A stretch of 63,861 bases of DNA, the filler included, from Octopus bimaculoides (lineage: Eukaryota): the NCBI RefSeq assembly GCF_001194135.2. It is 9 parts of 8 records of this genome, joined end to end, with 100 filler letters (N's around TTAATTAATTAA, not from the genome) between each part and the next. Parts side by side here need not be neighbours in the genome. Positions count along the whole stretch, not along the records: positions 25,640 to 37,535 come from NC_069000.1; positions 37,636 to 41,540 come from NC_068981.1; 7 more parts are not named here. One strand, 5' to 3'. Positions 25,675-38,324 of the stretch are shown piece by piece. The notes under the pieces are model-generated. The model made no database searches and was not told the origin of the DNA. It worked only from the letters and a program-made list of their open reading frames with translations. The translations under genes were made by a program, and so were the position numbers. Each line of letters starts with the position of its first letter. Position 1 is the stretch's first letter.

Positions 25675-25844
25675 GGCACAAACACGCACACACTGACGTT
25701 AGTAAATACGATAAATATTTGGCAAATACCAGAATGCATTTTTGTGCAAAGTTTACGGAACTGCTTTGTAGTTTTAGATATATTAGATTGAATTACATCG
25801 GATTTCGAATGACAATATATTTACACCATCGTCTTTCTCAAACG

Positions 25845-26159
25845 AGTCAGGGGCAACCATTAACAACAACGTGCTGCATCATCTTGAACTTCTGTCGCTC
25901 GCTGCCTTATTAACCTTCTGTACGGACACTCAGTAAAGCTAGATCGGCTGGTGACATACTCGTCTGTGTTACCCGTACTCTCACTCCTTCAAACAATTTG
26001 TTAAATAAAAAAAATACCCTCAGCATCAACGATGGAATCTGACAATATCCAGCGCGGTTACCTACGAGAAAAACTGTCCATCTACAGTTTCCAATTGTCC
26101 CTGGTCTCTCGGATGACCGAATTCGTATCAAATCGGACTATAGCTGTGTGTACCAACGG

Positions 26160-26165
<6 letters not shown>
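25845..26165 (+). mobile_element. Decayed LINE RT fragment (CR1/L2/Jockey group)
   Basis: ESDNIQRGYLREKLSIYSFQLSLVSRMTEFVSNRTIAVCTNG resembles the AFD.V.H..LL.KL..YG......W...FLS.R...V.V.G block after RT domain 3. Confidence 0.5.
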
Positions 26166-26211
<46 letters not shown>

Positions 26212-26818
26212 NNNNNNNNNNNNNNNNNNNNNNNNNNNNNNNNNNNNNNNNNNNNNNNNNNNNNNNNNNNNNNNNNNNNNNNNNNNNNNNNNNNNNNNNN
26301 NNNNNNNNNNNNNNNNNNNNNNNNNNNNNNNNNNNNNNNNNNNNNNNNNNNNNNNNNNNNNNNNNNNNNNNNNNNNNNNNNNNNNNNNNNNNNNNNNNNN
26401 NNNNNNNNNNNNNNNNNNNNNNNNNNNNNNNNNNNNNNNNNNNNNNNNNNNNNNNNNNNNNNNNNNNNNNNNNNNNNNNNNNNNNNNNNNNNNNNNNNNN
26501 NNNNNNNNNNNNNNNNNNNNNNNNNNNNNNNNNNNNNNNNNNNNNNNNNNNNNNNNNNNNNNNNNNNNNNNNNNNNNNNNNNNNNNNNNNNNNNNNNNNN
26601 NNNNNNNNNNNNNNNNNNNNNNNNNNNNNNNNNNNNNNNNNNNNNNNNNNNNNNNNNNNNNNNNNNNNNNNNNNNNNNNNNNNNNNNNNNNNNNNNNNNN
26701 NNNNNNNNNNNNNNNNNNNNNNNNNNNNNNNNNNNNNNNNNNNNNNNNNNNNNNNNNNNNNNNNNNNNNNNNNNNNNNNNNNNNNNNNNNNNNNNNNNNN
26801 NNNNNNNNNNNNNNNNNN

Positions 26819-27259
26819 CCGTTTTGAAGTGTCGTCTTCCCTTCTTTTACGCAACAAGAATGACCCGTTTCCCGACTGGATTGTGACTTGCGATGAAAAG
26901 CGGATTCTCTACGACAACTGGCGATGCTCAGCTCAGTGATTGGACGCCAACGAAGCTCCACGGCACTTCCCGAAGCCAAAGTTGCACCAAAAGAAGGTCA
27001 TGGTGACTGTTTGGTGGTCTGCGGCCCGTCTCATCCATCACAGCTTTTTGGTTCCATGCGAAAACATACGGCGGAGAAGTACTGGCAGCAAATGGATGAA
27101 ATGCATAAGAAACTGGCATAAATAAACTTGTTTCGTGTTGGCAAAAGTGTGTTGATTCTGATGGTGTTTATTTCGATTAATAAAGTTTTGTTTGAGCCGA
27201 GATATGTGCATCTGAATTTAAAGGTTAAAAACCGCAAGAACTTTCTTGCCAACCTAATA
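26819..27259 (+). mobile_element. mariner (Mos1/Hsmar1-like) relic with internal deletion and 3' TIR
   Basis: RNKNDPFPDWIVTCDEKRILYDN, PKPKLHQKKVMVTVWWS, then a jump to KLVSCWQKCVDSDGVYFD*. TIR AAAAACCGCAAGAACTTTCTTGCCAACCTAA + TA at 27227-27259. Confidence 0.9.
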
Positions 27260-27708
27260 TTATACTGGTTTCATATTTTGGTACGAGGCCAGTAATTTCG
27301 GGTTAGAGGAGAAACTCGATTACAACGACCCACGCATACATCAATTAAAATACAAAGAGCTTCTTTTAACATCGTCTCATCAGGTGATTCCTCTAATTTC
27401 CTCATTTCAAGATTAAGAAGTTACAATATTTTAAAATGGGTTTTGAGAGAAAATCCCATGTTTTATCGGTTTTTAGTTTATTCTTTCACAACTGTGAAGA
27501 TGTGGTCAACAGCTTAGCTAGAAATTCTTCCGATAGAAACCGTGTAATGCTTCTGTTCTGCTTTAATAAAACGCGTCTCGGCCAATTCAAACGGTACAAC
27601 TGTAAGTTGGTTAACAAACTTCCACAAAACATCGAGTAAGGTGCTTCAATCTACACACAAACACACACACGCACGCACACGCATTACGTATACAAACAGA
27701 CATACATA

Positions 27709-27748
<40 letters not shown>

Positions 27749-28199
27749 TGTACACACACACATATCTACATACACACAACACACACACATATATATATTG
27801 ACTGTTGGTATGTGATGTATGCATGTATGTTTATATGGTGTGTAAATATGTAATACATATATATGTATATACTGCATATATATGTATTATAATGTATATA
27901 TATATATATACACCTCTGTGTGTGTATGTATGTATGTATGTGTACACACCTTATGTTTCATCCGTCCAAGCTATAACATTTCCCTGACATTTACCACCAA
28001 TGCTACCCAACCACACAGTCTCCCCTAGATTACGTTACTCTTTACTGTCCACCACCCCTATGTTGTGGGTCACGGGGTACACAGAGTTGTGGCGCAGATA
28101 GACAGGGTGATAGTGGCGGTGGTAGTTCTGACGGATCGGGTTTATGAAGGCAGTGGCAACAGTGGTAGTGATGAGGACGGTGATGACGAGGATGAGGAG

Positions 28200-28350
28200 G
28201 AGGGGGATTGGTGGTGGTGGTGTTGTTGTTGTTGGTGGTGGTGGTGGTGGTGGTGGTGGTGGTGGTGGTGGTGGTGGTGGTGGTGGTGGTAGTGGTGGTG
28301 GTAGTGCCGGTGGTGGTGTTGCTAGTGGTGGTGGTAGTGGTAGTGGTGCT
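28200..28350. repeat. (GGT)n/(GTT)n trinucleotide tract
   Basis: Direct reading; explains the poly-P/G/W/V/T ORFs at 28035-28572. Confidence 0.95.
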
Positions 28351-28478
28351 AGTGTTTGCAATGATGAAGAAAAAACGTGTAAAAACAGCCCAAGAATGAC
28401 AAAAATACAAAATAGAGAACCTAGTTAGATACACACACACACATGTGTATGTGTGGAAGCGCAATGGCCCAGTGTTTA

Positions 28479-28825
28479 GAGACAAAGAGACAATCCATGC
28501 GGTGGAAACACTCCACCTCACCTGTTCCAAAGAACAACGTCGTGTCATCTTCAGGGAAGGTGATGGCTTCAATTTGTGGCCTCATCTCATTATCATCTGC
28601 TCCCCAACATGAAGAAAACAATTGGCTGGGAACCAATATCGCAGTGATGATGACGTCATACTTGCGGGATGAAAGCTTCTTCACAAATGGGATCCAAACA
28701 TTGCAACACCGATGGGAGAAGTGCGCAGATTGCAAAGGGGTCTATGTTGAAAAATAAACCTCATTTGATCACATTCCATGTGAGGTATGTTGGTCAGCTT
28801 ATGGACTTTTCAGCTGCCCCACGAA
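28479..28825 (+). mobile_element. mariner deletion derivative
   Basis: ETKRQSMRWKHSTSP..K...SSGKVMAS joined to GNQYRSDDDV and RDESFFTNGIQTLQHRWEKCADCKGVYVEK*; TIR-like end GGACTTTTCAGCTGCCCCACGA. Confidence 0.85.
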
Positions 28826-28872
28826 TATGTGTATGCGCGTGAGTGTATGTAGGAGTGGATGTATCTATAAGA

Positions 28873-28931
<59 letters not shown>

Positions 28932-28937
28932 GTAGTT

Positions 28938-29095
28938 TGTGGTGCAGCATGGCTGAATGGTTCAGAATTTTGTCTCGCAATCAGGAGGTCGCAGATTCAA
29001 TCTTACAGCACGGTATCTTGGGCAAGTATCTTTTACTATAGCCTCGGATTAAGCCAAACTTTTGTGATTGAAATTAGGTAGGCGGAAACTGTAAG
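28938..29095 (+). mobile_element. tRNA-derived SINE, family A (5' part)
   Basis: GGTGCAGCATGGCTGAATGGTT...CTTGGGCAAGTATCTTTTACTATAGCCTCGG...GGCGGAAACTG. Confidence 0.7.
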
Positions 29096-29269
29096 GAATC
29101 CCCTAATGAGGGTTTGTAACCATCATTTAAAGATTCAACATTATCACACTGTGTTTCATACGTGAGAATTATTTTGAGGATACACGAGTCTGTGATGTAC
29201 TCAGCCACTTGCACAATAATTCAAGGAGCGGGAAACTAGTGAAACATCACCGTCGAAGCAAATCGAGAT

Positions 29270-29278
29270 CCATTTACG

Positions 29279-29325
<47 letters not shown>

Positions 29326-29536
29326 ATATTAGATTTTGTTATGTTATTCGTTCCACCGTATTCTGTGTATGAAATGTGGGACACACAGACACACACGTGA
29401 ACAATACATATGTACAAATGTATGTATATGTGTGTGTATATATATATATACGTGTGTGTGTGTATGTGTATATATATATATGTATGTATATATGCATGTG
29501 CGCATACACACACTCCCACATACACACAAATACATT

Positions 29537-29570
<34 letters not shown>

Positions 29571-29686
29571 GTAGCCATATTTCTAAAGAACTACCAGCTC
29601 TGGAATGACAACATCCACTGACTCCCTAAAGCTCCCTTGATGCGTTTTAACCCAGTTTTAGCTACTTTGGCACCACCACCGCCGCC

Positions 29687-29717
<31 letters not shown>

Positions 29718-29937
29718 CCACTCTGCCATCAGCATCATCGCCATCATCACCTATCTTTACCCTTCTCTACTCTTCACCCTTTCCCATCTCCCATCACTTC
29801 ATACATGTGTTTGCGCCCGCGCAGGCGTGTTTCTGTGTGAGTGCGCGCGCGCGTATATATATATATATATACATGTACGTATGTATGTGTGTGTATGTAT
29901 ATATACATACATATATATATATATATATACACGTATG

Positions 29938-29968
<31 letters not shown>

Positions 29969-30022
29969 GTATGTATGTATATATATATATATATATACAT
30001 ATGTACGTACGTATATATGTAT

Positions 30023-30054
<32 letters not shown>

Positions 30055-30066
30055 GTACTACGTATG

Positions 30067-30104
<38 letters not shown>

Positions 30105-30257
30105 GTATATAATATCGGTGTGTATATAGACATTTTTGTTCGACCTCATTTTCTTTTTCTTCTCTTTTTGTTTTGTTTAGCTTCTACTCCCTCCCCTCCT
30201 CACCGACCAGTCTGCACACTTCACCTAGCACAGATGTGGTGAGAGGGACAGACTGAC

Positions 30258-30302
<45 letters not shown>

Positions 30303-30378
30303 GGGAGAGACTTAATAGAGGTATTTATGTATGTGAATGTATATATATATTTATCTAAGTGTATATATCTATATATAC

Positions 30379-30448
<70 letters not shown>

Positions 30449-30673
30449 NNNNNNNNNNNNNNNNNNNNNNNNNNNNNNNNNNNNNNNNNNNNNNNNNNNN
30501 NNNNNNNNNNNNNNNNNNNNNNNNNNNNNNNNNNNNNNNNNNNNNNNNNNNNNNNNNNNNNNNNNNNNNNNNNNNNNNNNNNNNNNNNNNNNNNNNNNNN
30601 NNNNNNNNNNNNNNNNNNNNNNNNNNNNNNNNNNNNNNNNNNNNNNNNNNNNNNNNNNNNNNNNNNNNNNNNN

Positions 30674-30713
<40 letters not shown>

Positions 30714-30742
30714 TGTGTACACATACACACACACACACACAC

Positions 30743-30779
<37 letters not shown>

Positions 30780-30830
30780 TGTGAACGTATATCTGTTTGC
30801 ATGTAACACACACACACACACACCCGTATG
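29270..30830. repeat. Compound (TG)n/(TA)n/(TACA)n/(GA)n/(GATA)n microsatellite field
   Basis: Direct reading; includes N gap 30449-30673. Confidence 0.9.
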
Positions 30831-32227
30831 TATAGAGAAAGTTTCAGATGATGGGGTAGCGAAATAAACCAGTTGTGTATGTGTGCGTGTATGCGTATGT
30901 GTATGCGCGTGTATAACAAGTGATATATAGAGAGAAGAGAGAAGGGAGAAGAGAGACGAGTAGAGAGAGTGAGAGAGAGAGAGAGAGACGATATGGAAAA
31001 GCAGAAAAGGGGGGGAGATGTGAGAAGCAAAGTGTGGAATAATGGTCAGGTGGATAATGTTATAGAATCGTTTCTATTAGTTTCCAGACCTTTCTACAAA
31101 GGTCGAACCATTTGTGTAGAAAGGAGATCCATGGCACAATATCAACGTATTGAGTTCTCTCTATTCTGAATGGCCCTTCTTCATCTTCTTCATATCAAGT
31201 CGATATATATATATATATATATATANNNNNNNNNNNNNNNNNNNNNNNNNNNNNNNNNNNNNNNNNNNNNNNNNNNNNNNNNNNNNNNNNNNNNNNNNNN
31301 NNNNNNNNNNNNNNNNNNNNNNNNNNNNNNNNNNNNNNNNNNNNNNNNNNNNNNNNNNNNNNNNNNNNNNNNNNNNNNNNNNNNNNNNNNNNNNNNNNNN
31401 NNNNNNNNNNNNNNNNNNNNNNNNNNNNNNNNNNNNNNNNNNNNNNNNNNNNNNNNNNNNNNNNNNNNNNNNNNNNNNNNNNNNNNNNNNNNNNNNNNNN
31501 NNNNNNNNNNNNNNNNNNNNNNNNNNNNNNNNNNNNNNNNNNNNNNNNNNNNNNNNNNNNNNNNNNNNNNNNNNNNNNNNNNNNNNNNNNNNNNNNNNNN
31601 NNNNNNNNNNNNNNNNNNNNNNNNNNNNNNNNNNNNNNNNNNNNNNNNNNNNNNNNNNNNNNNNNNNNNNNNNNNNNNNNNNNNNNNNNNNNNNNNNNNN
31701 NNNNNNNNNNNNNNNNNNNNNNNNNNNNNNNNNNNNNNNNNNNNNNNNNNNNNNNNNNNNNNNNNNNNNNNNNNNNNNNNNNNNNNNNNNNNNNNNNNNN
31801 NNNNNNNNNNNNNNNNNNNNNNNNNNNNNNNNNNNNNNNNNNNNNTATATATATATATATATGCATGTATGTATATATGGATACATATACGTGTGTGATA
31901 TCAGATTGAAATGTTGAGAAGTCTTCAAACATAGATATCTGAAAACATTCCAGAAATGTGTAAGAACCCTTAGGTAAGTAATCTGCCTGCTGCTGTGCCA
32001 GAATAGGGACCCCGGGGCAGCCAGTAAGTAAAAAGAAAAAGGTATTGGTTATCGTGAGGGATGGTATTGAAACCGTACAGCGTTCAAATTACCCACAATC
32101 ATGAAACGTGACTCTAACGTTTACTTTACGAGAGAAGCTGTTTCTTTGACAAATCGTTGTTTTTCACCTCTCGAGAACCTTTTCCAAAATCATAAAGCCA
32201 TTATGGATATTTGATCATAGTGTGTCG

Positions 32228-32790
32228 ATCTATCCACTCAACATCTTACACACTGTGTCTGTCCATCCTGTCAACATCTACACAGTGTCTGTCCATCCTG
32301 TCAACATCTACACACTGTGTCTGTCCATCCAGTCAACATCTACACACTGTGTCTGTCCATCCTGTCAACATCTTACACACTGTGTCTGTCCATCCTGTCA
32401 ACATCTACACACTGTGTCTGTCCATCCTGTCAACATCTACACATTGTCTGTCCATCCTGTCAACACCTACACAGTGTCTGTCTATCCAGTCAACATTTAC
32501 ACACTGTCCATCCTGTCAACATCTACACTGTGTATGTCCATCCTGTCAACATCTACACAGTGTCTGTCCATCCAGTCAACATCTACACAGTGTCTGTCCA
32601 TCCAGTCAACATCTACTCGCAATCTACCTGTCCAGTCAACATCTACACACTTTGTCCATCCTATCAACATCTCTGCATTGTGTCTATTTATCCCCACAAC
32701 ATTTACACATTGTGGTCTACCCCCCCCCCCCNNNNNNNNNNCCCCCCCAGTCGACATCTACTCACTGTGTCTATCTACCCAGCTAACATC
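32228..32790. repeat. About 31-bp minisatellite (ACACACTGTGTCTGTCCATCCTGTCAACATCT), roughly 16-17 copies
   Basis: Tandem near-identical units with small indels, degenerating toward the 3' end; no unique spacers. Confidence 0.95.
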
Positions 32791-32919
32791 TGGTATTAGG
32801 GGTAGAATGTTAGTTAGGTGGATGTACCTACTTGAAACTCAAACTCAAATATGCCAAGTAGCTCGTGCGAGCAGTTGCCTAATGGATTAACGACGAGTGT
32901 CATGTTGCAGTACATATGT

Positions 32920-33650
32920 CTACACACACACACACACACACACACTCATACACACGCACAAACACGCATACACATACACAGACACACACACACAAGCGCA
33001 TACATGCACGTACATACAAGCACGCACGCACAATGCACGCTCGCACACGCACGCACACACACATACATGCACACAGGCATCTATAGGCGTTCACATATAC
33101 ATTAACACAGGGTGTATAAGCACACTTATCCATCAAGATATACATACACCTATACACTTTCATAAACACGTAACACAACATACACACATACATATATATG
33201 CAGTTACACACATGCACAACACTACGCATACACTTACATAGACACACGCATACACTTACACATATATACGTAACACTACACACGCATAAAATTTACACGT
33301 GTAATCAAACGTACAGCGTAAACGCATATATAGAGTTACATGTATGCCACACTCATACATACATACATACATATACACACACACTTTCATATATGTGTAT
33401 ATACTCACATACACAAACGCATACTCACTCACACACATACTTATGTGTAGAGAGAGACAGCCTGCACACATACCAACATACATAGACACACGTGCGCGTG
33501 CACACGCGCGCACATGCACAAAGACATACAAATTCGCTCATACGAACAATCACAAACGTACACACGCATACATACACTGACATACATATGTGTGCAACGA
33601 CACGCACTCATATAAGCACGCATGCAATCATACACGCAGCAGATCGCATG
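32920..33650. repeat. Degenerate (CA)n/(CATA)n low-complexity tract
   Basis: Direct reading; source of the His/Thr and Val/Cys ORFs. Confidence 0.9.
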
Positions 33651-33702
33651 TTTTAAACACAAAACGAAGGCGGCGGAGCGCGATCGAGAGTATCAGCTAA
33701 TA

Positions 33703-33920
33703 ATCTTTTCTCCTGAAGGCACAAAGCCTGAAATGTTTGAGGGGAGGGGACTAGTCGATTACATCGACCTCAGTACGCAACTGGTACTTAATTTATCGAT
33801 CCCGAAAGGATGAAAGGCAAAGTCGACCTCGGCGGATTTTGAACTCAGAACGTAGCGACGGACGAAATACCGCTAAACATTTCGTCCGGCGTGCTAACGA
33901 TTCCGCCAGCTCGCCCCCTT
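33703..33920 (+). mobile_element. Family C short repeat, well-preserved copy
   Basis: GGGGACTAGTCGATTACATCGACC...GGATGAAAGGCAAAGTCGACCTCGGCGG...GAACTCAGAACGTAG...CCAGCTCGCCCCCTTA. Confidence 0.8.
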
Positions 33921-35087
33921 AGTATCTGCTAATAATAACAGCCAAATACCCTCGAAACCTGTTCAACTACGTCGTGATGGCCTCGATGGAACGCCCTTGA
34001 TCATATTCTGCTTTATCAGCGTTGATCTAGACTTCAAAAGCACACTCGCTTACGCGCACACGCACACGCGCGCACACATACACATACACACATGCGCGCA
34101 CGATCACACACACATATATATAATTTGTATTAAATCTTTTGAAATTCGTTCACTAGGCGTAGACTACATTGAAGTGTAGTACTCAATACGTGAACAAGTG
34201 TAGAGTTGCATATTTATCATTTAAAACTTGGTACAACGATTGTTTCGACCTTTGGGTCACAGTGACGGAGAGCATTTGAGAATGACGGACAATGACGGAG
34301 AGCATTTGAGATGGAAACCATCCTTTTGCCAATGTTTAAATAGACATATCCTCCTTTTCCATGCCCCGTTAAAGTATAGGCTTACCTCCAATAACAACGT
34401 TCCATTTTTATTGTAGGGACTTTCGTTCTCTGGTCCCTTAATTTACAAAGTTTTGGACACAGACAAAATTTTCACTATTTTTTTACCTAAATGAGTAGGA
34501 ATGTTGAAGGAAGTGACCCTTGAAAGTGTTCTTTGTTAAATACACATAATTCTTTTCAATACAATTGGCAAGTATTATGATTGCTTGCTATACGGCTTCT
34601 TTATAGAAGCAGGTTTCCCTGAGTGGAAATATTGTTTCCACGACTAGAGGTTTGCCAGAATGGAAGATTCACGTGTAGAGTAATTTGTGGATGTAACGTA
34701 TGAACTTGAAAGCAATGTTGCCCATACACGAATAGCTGACCTTCACGTTTTGTGAGTTGAAGAGCTTATTGTATTTATGCGTAGGTGGTATCTCATGTGC
34801 TATTATTGTTGAGAAAATTCCAGGCTAAGGTCGCGGTAGTCCCTATATTATCTGCAGAATTAAACTAGATTAGTATTCTCTTCCTGTTTCTACTCTGGTA
34901 TGTGAGGTGGGCGGAGTTTTATCCTTACAAACTAATTTTCCACTGAAGCCACCCGAAGGATAACAACAACAACAACAACAACAATGATAATAATAATAAT
35001 AATAACAACAAGTAGATATATGCACACTAGATATCACTGATTGAGGACTTATCAGAGGCTCTATTGCACATACATAATTTTACCTTA

Positions 35088-35119
<32 letters not shown>

Positions 35120-36107
35120 CATACATACATACATATATATACATATATACATGCATATATATATGTATCTATATATATGTAAATGTATATATATGTATGT
35201 GTGTGTATATACACACACACACACATATATATATTTATATATGTGTGTATGCACACACACACACACACACACACATATATACATATATATACTCACACAC
35301 ATATTGATATGTACGCAGTATAAATCTCGTCAGGCAAAATATAACACATAACGTCTGTTATACACACGTGCGGGGACCATAGGCGTTGTATCTTTCATGC
35401 TCATGTGCCTACATATTTGTGTGTATATGTGAGAGTGTGTGTATATGTGTGTATGAGTGTGTGCGTGCATGTGTGTATACATACAAATGTATACGCTCAC
35501 ATAAACACCCAATCAAACATAGATATTGACATGTAAAACTCAACACGTGTACCTTTACACACGCGCGCGTGCACACGCATACACACACACACACACACAC
35601 ATATAGATACACATATACATACACAAAAATACACATATGCACTTACATGCATACACACACACATATGTATGCCACACACATGTATATATGGTGTAGTTGT
35701 AGTTGACGTCTACATAAATACACACACACATATGTGTGTGTTTGTGTGTGTATGTGTATGTGTGTAAGTGTGTGTGCGCATGTGTGTATACATACAAATG
35801 TATACACACATTCAAATAGATACAGGTATTGGCATGTAAAACTCAATACTTGTACCTTTACACACACACATATACAGAAACATGCATATGCACAAACACA
35901 GGCACACACACACACACACACACACTCATACACACACATACACGCACTCGCACAGTGGCACACATACATACACACAACGTAAAGTATGTACTCAATTATG
36001 AATGCAAGATTACACCTTTCCACATCAGTGCACACCTGCAAAACACATCTACAGGGATGTGGTGCACAGGAGGGGTAACAACAACAACAGCAACAACTAC
36101 TACTACT

Positions 36108-36166
<59 letters not shown>

Positions 36167-36277
36167 TAATAATAATGATAATAATGCATACACACACATG
36201 ACTAACAACATCAACAACTATTCCACGAACATCTACAACTACTACATAACCACAACTGTAACAGCAATAACAACATT

Positions 36278-36311
<34 letters not shown>

Positions 36312-36636
36312 GCTACTACTACTACTACTACTACTAGCACGACTGTAAGAATAGTTAGAGCAACATTTCCAACGACGGCGGGTAGAAAATGTTATTGGCT
36401 ACAAAAGTACCGGGTAGTGTAACTTCAATAACAGCAATAACAGCTACCACGTTAGCTGCAACAGTAACAATTGCAACGCAACCAACAACACCCATAGCAA
36501 CATCAGATACAACAACAACATCTACCACAACAACAACAACGGCCTATCGAAGTAAACTAAAGTCTCTTTAGCAAAACAAGGAAATCTACAAGACTACTTT
36601 TATTTGGTCCCTGCCACGGCATAGTGATCCTTAATT

Positions 36637-36696
<60 letters not shown>

Positions 36697-37656
36697 CGTG
36701 CCGGACGAAATGGTGTTGATGACTTTAGTTACGTCCCTTAGTGTTCCGAACTCCGGCAAAAGTTAGTGTTCCTATTATTCATCCTTTGCATGTGCACACG
36801 TACTCATACACACACACAAACACAAGGACACACGCATACACACACACATACAAGGACACATCACACACACACACCACACACACATACACACATGCATACA
36901 TACACTCAACACGCACTCCTGCACACTAACACACAGGAAAATAACAAAGACAATCAAGAGAACGAAGGTGACCTATGATTCACCGTTCTTTGAAAATCAC
37001 CCAAAACAGTCAACAAACAAAAATTACGTTCTCGTGCCACGAACTTTCCCAAAGAAATTACAATAACACAAAAAAAAAAGGGTAATTAAGTTCAGAATAT
37101 AAACAACATGCAGAAGAGATTACTAGTAAAATTTAAATTAAGACATTATAACGGATTTAAAAGAGAATATTCTCAAGGTGTTGGTATTTTCAACATGAAG
37201 TGTCTCAAAAAATGCGTACTGGTGCATTCGCTTGCACTCGAACACTATTTGCGAAATAGTTAAGTGAATGGAACCGTGAAGTGTTCTAACTTATATTAGC
37301 CAGAAAAATTTTTATGCTTTATTTCTTTAAAGTGTAGCTTGTTAAAATTATTGTTTTATTATAATTGTATTTATTTCCGTGTAACTCTGCTTAGCGGTAT
37401 TTTGTTTGTCTTTATGTTCCAAGTTCAAATTCCGCCGATGTCGACTTTTGCTTTTTCATCCTTTCAAAGTCGATAAACTAAGTACCAGTTACGCAGCGAG
37501 GGTCGATGTAATCAACTAGCCTCTTCCGCAAATTTNNNNNNNNNNNNNNNNNNNNNNNNNNNNNNNNNNNNNNNNNNNNTTAATTAATTAANNNNNNNNN
37601 NNNNNNNNNNNNNNNNNNNNNNNNNNNNNNNNNNNTATATATATTTTTGGGACAAT

Positions 37657-37718
37657 ATTGTGCTGATGAACGAAATCTAGATTCATTCTAGTAATCGCGA
37701 AATCGGTCGATACACAGT
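37657..37718 (+). ncRNA. Type I hammerhead ribozyme (likely PLE/retrozyme-derived)
   Basis: Stem I ATTGTG(37657-62)/CACAGT(37713-18); core CTGATGA (37663-69); stem II ACGA/TCGC with distal CTAGA-TTCAT-TCTAG hairpin; GAAA (37699-702); stem III TCG-GT-CGA; cleavage triplet AUA (37710-12). One A.C mismatch at 10.1-11.1. Confidence 0.75.
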
Positions 37719-37843
37719 TAAGTCTATTTAAAAGAAAGTTGGTAATCTTCTGTTGGTTGTTTTTTCCTCGCATTAGGTACTAAATGTGGTTATTTTGAGA
37801 AGTCCACTGTGTGGCGTTATTATTTTTCTGTAATAATGCCCTT

Positions 37844-37894
<51 letters not shown>

Positions 37895-38324
37895 TGTTAA
37901 CCAAAAAGTTTCCATATTTCAGGAAAGCAGCAGCTCTCGGATATTAGGTAATACAATGGATATATTATTCGGACACACACTTGAAGTCATTCGGTATCTT
38001 GAATTAGTTGCAACGAGATCATGTTGAAGTAATTTCCAAACGTGTAAAGGTTTATCGGATATAACCGTACGGCTACGCTAGGAATAGCAGCTGTGATTCC
38101 CTTGACCATTTCGAAAGAAAATTCTTCGTGGTCAAGACTATCCCATAGAGAACAAATAAAAGAAAGTAAAAAGTAACACCCAAAACCAGTGTAAGCATAT
38201 GGCCTGTCAATCCAGAAGTTCCTTTGTTTATTTTTAAGCAGGGTCACAATGCATAACAGGTTGCGAGGTCTATCGCGACTTCACCATATTTACTCATTTT
38301 TCTAGCTGAGTTGACCAGGAAGCA

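Noticed and set aside
29822-29835. (CG)n/(CA)n alternating tracts as Z-DNA regulatory elements (also 52199, 59185)
   Set aside because: Ordinary by-products of microsatellite mutation in this genome; no positional evidence of function.
28035-30830. Long ORFs rich in P/G/W, Y/I, H/T or V/C (also 11859-12183, 16204-16668, 35027-36422, 51604-53237, 61715-62280)
   Set aside because: Translations of di-, tri- and tetranucleotide microsatellites; no domain signal.
31903-31978. Strong donor TAG|GTAAGT at about 31973
   Set aside because: Stops in all three frames upstream; could be a UTR exon but unsupported without transcript data.
32228-32790. CRISPR-like array
   Set aside because: Units are contiguous near-identical repeats without unique spacers, there are no cas genes, and the context is eukaryotic; it is a minisatellite.
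34375-34410. Minus-strand ATGGAACGTTGTTATTGGAG|GTAAGC as a first exon of another gene
   Set aside because: Only 6 codons and no downstream exons identified.
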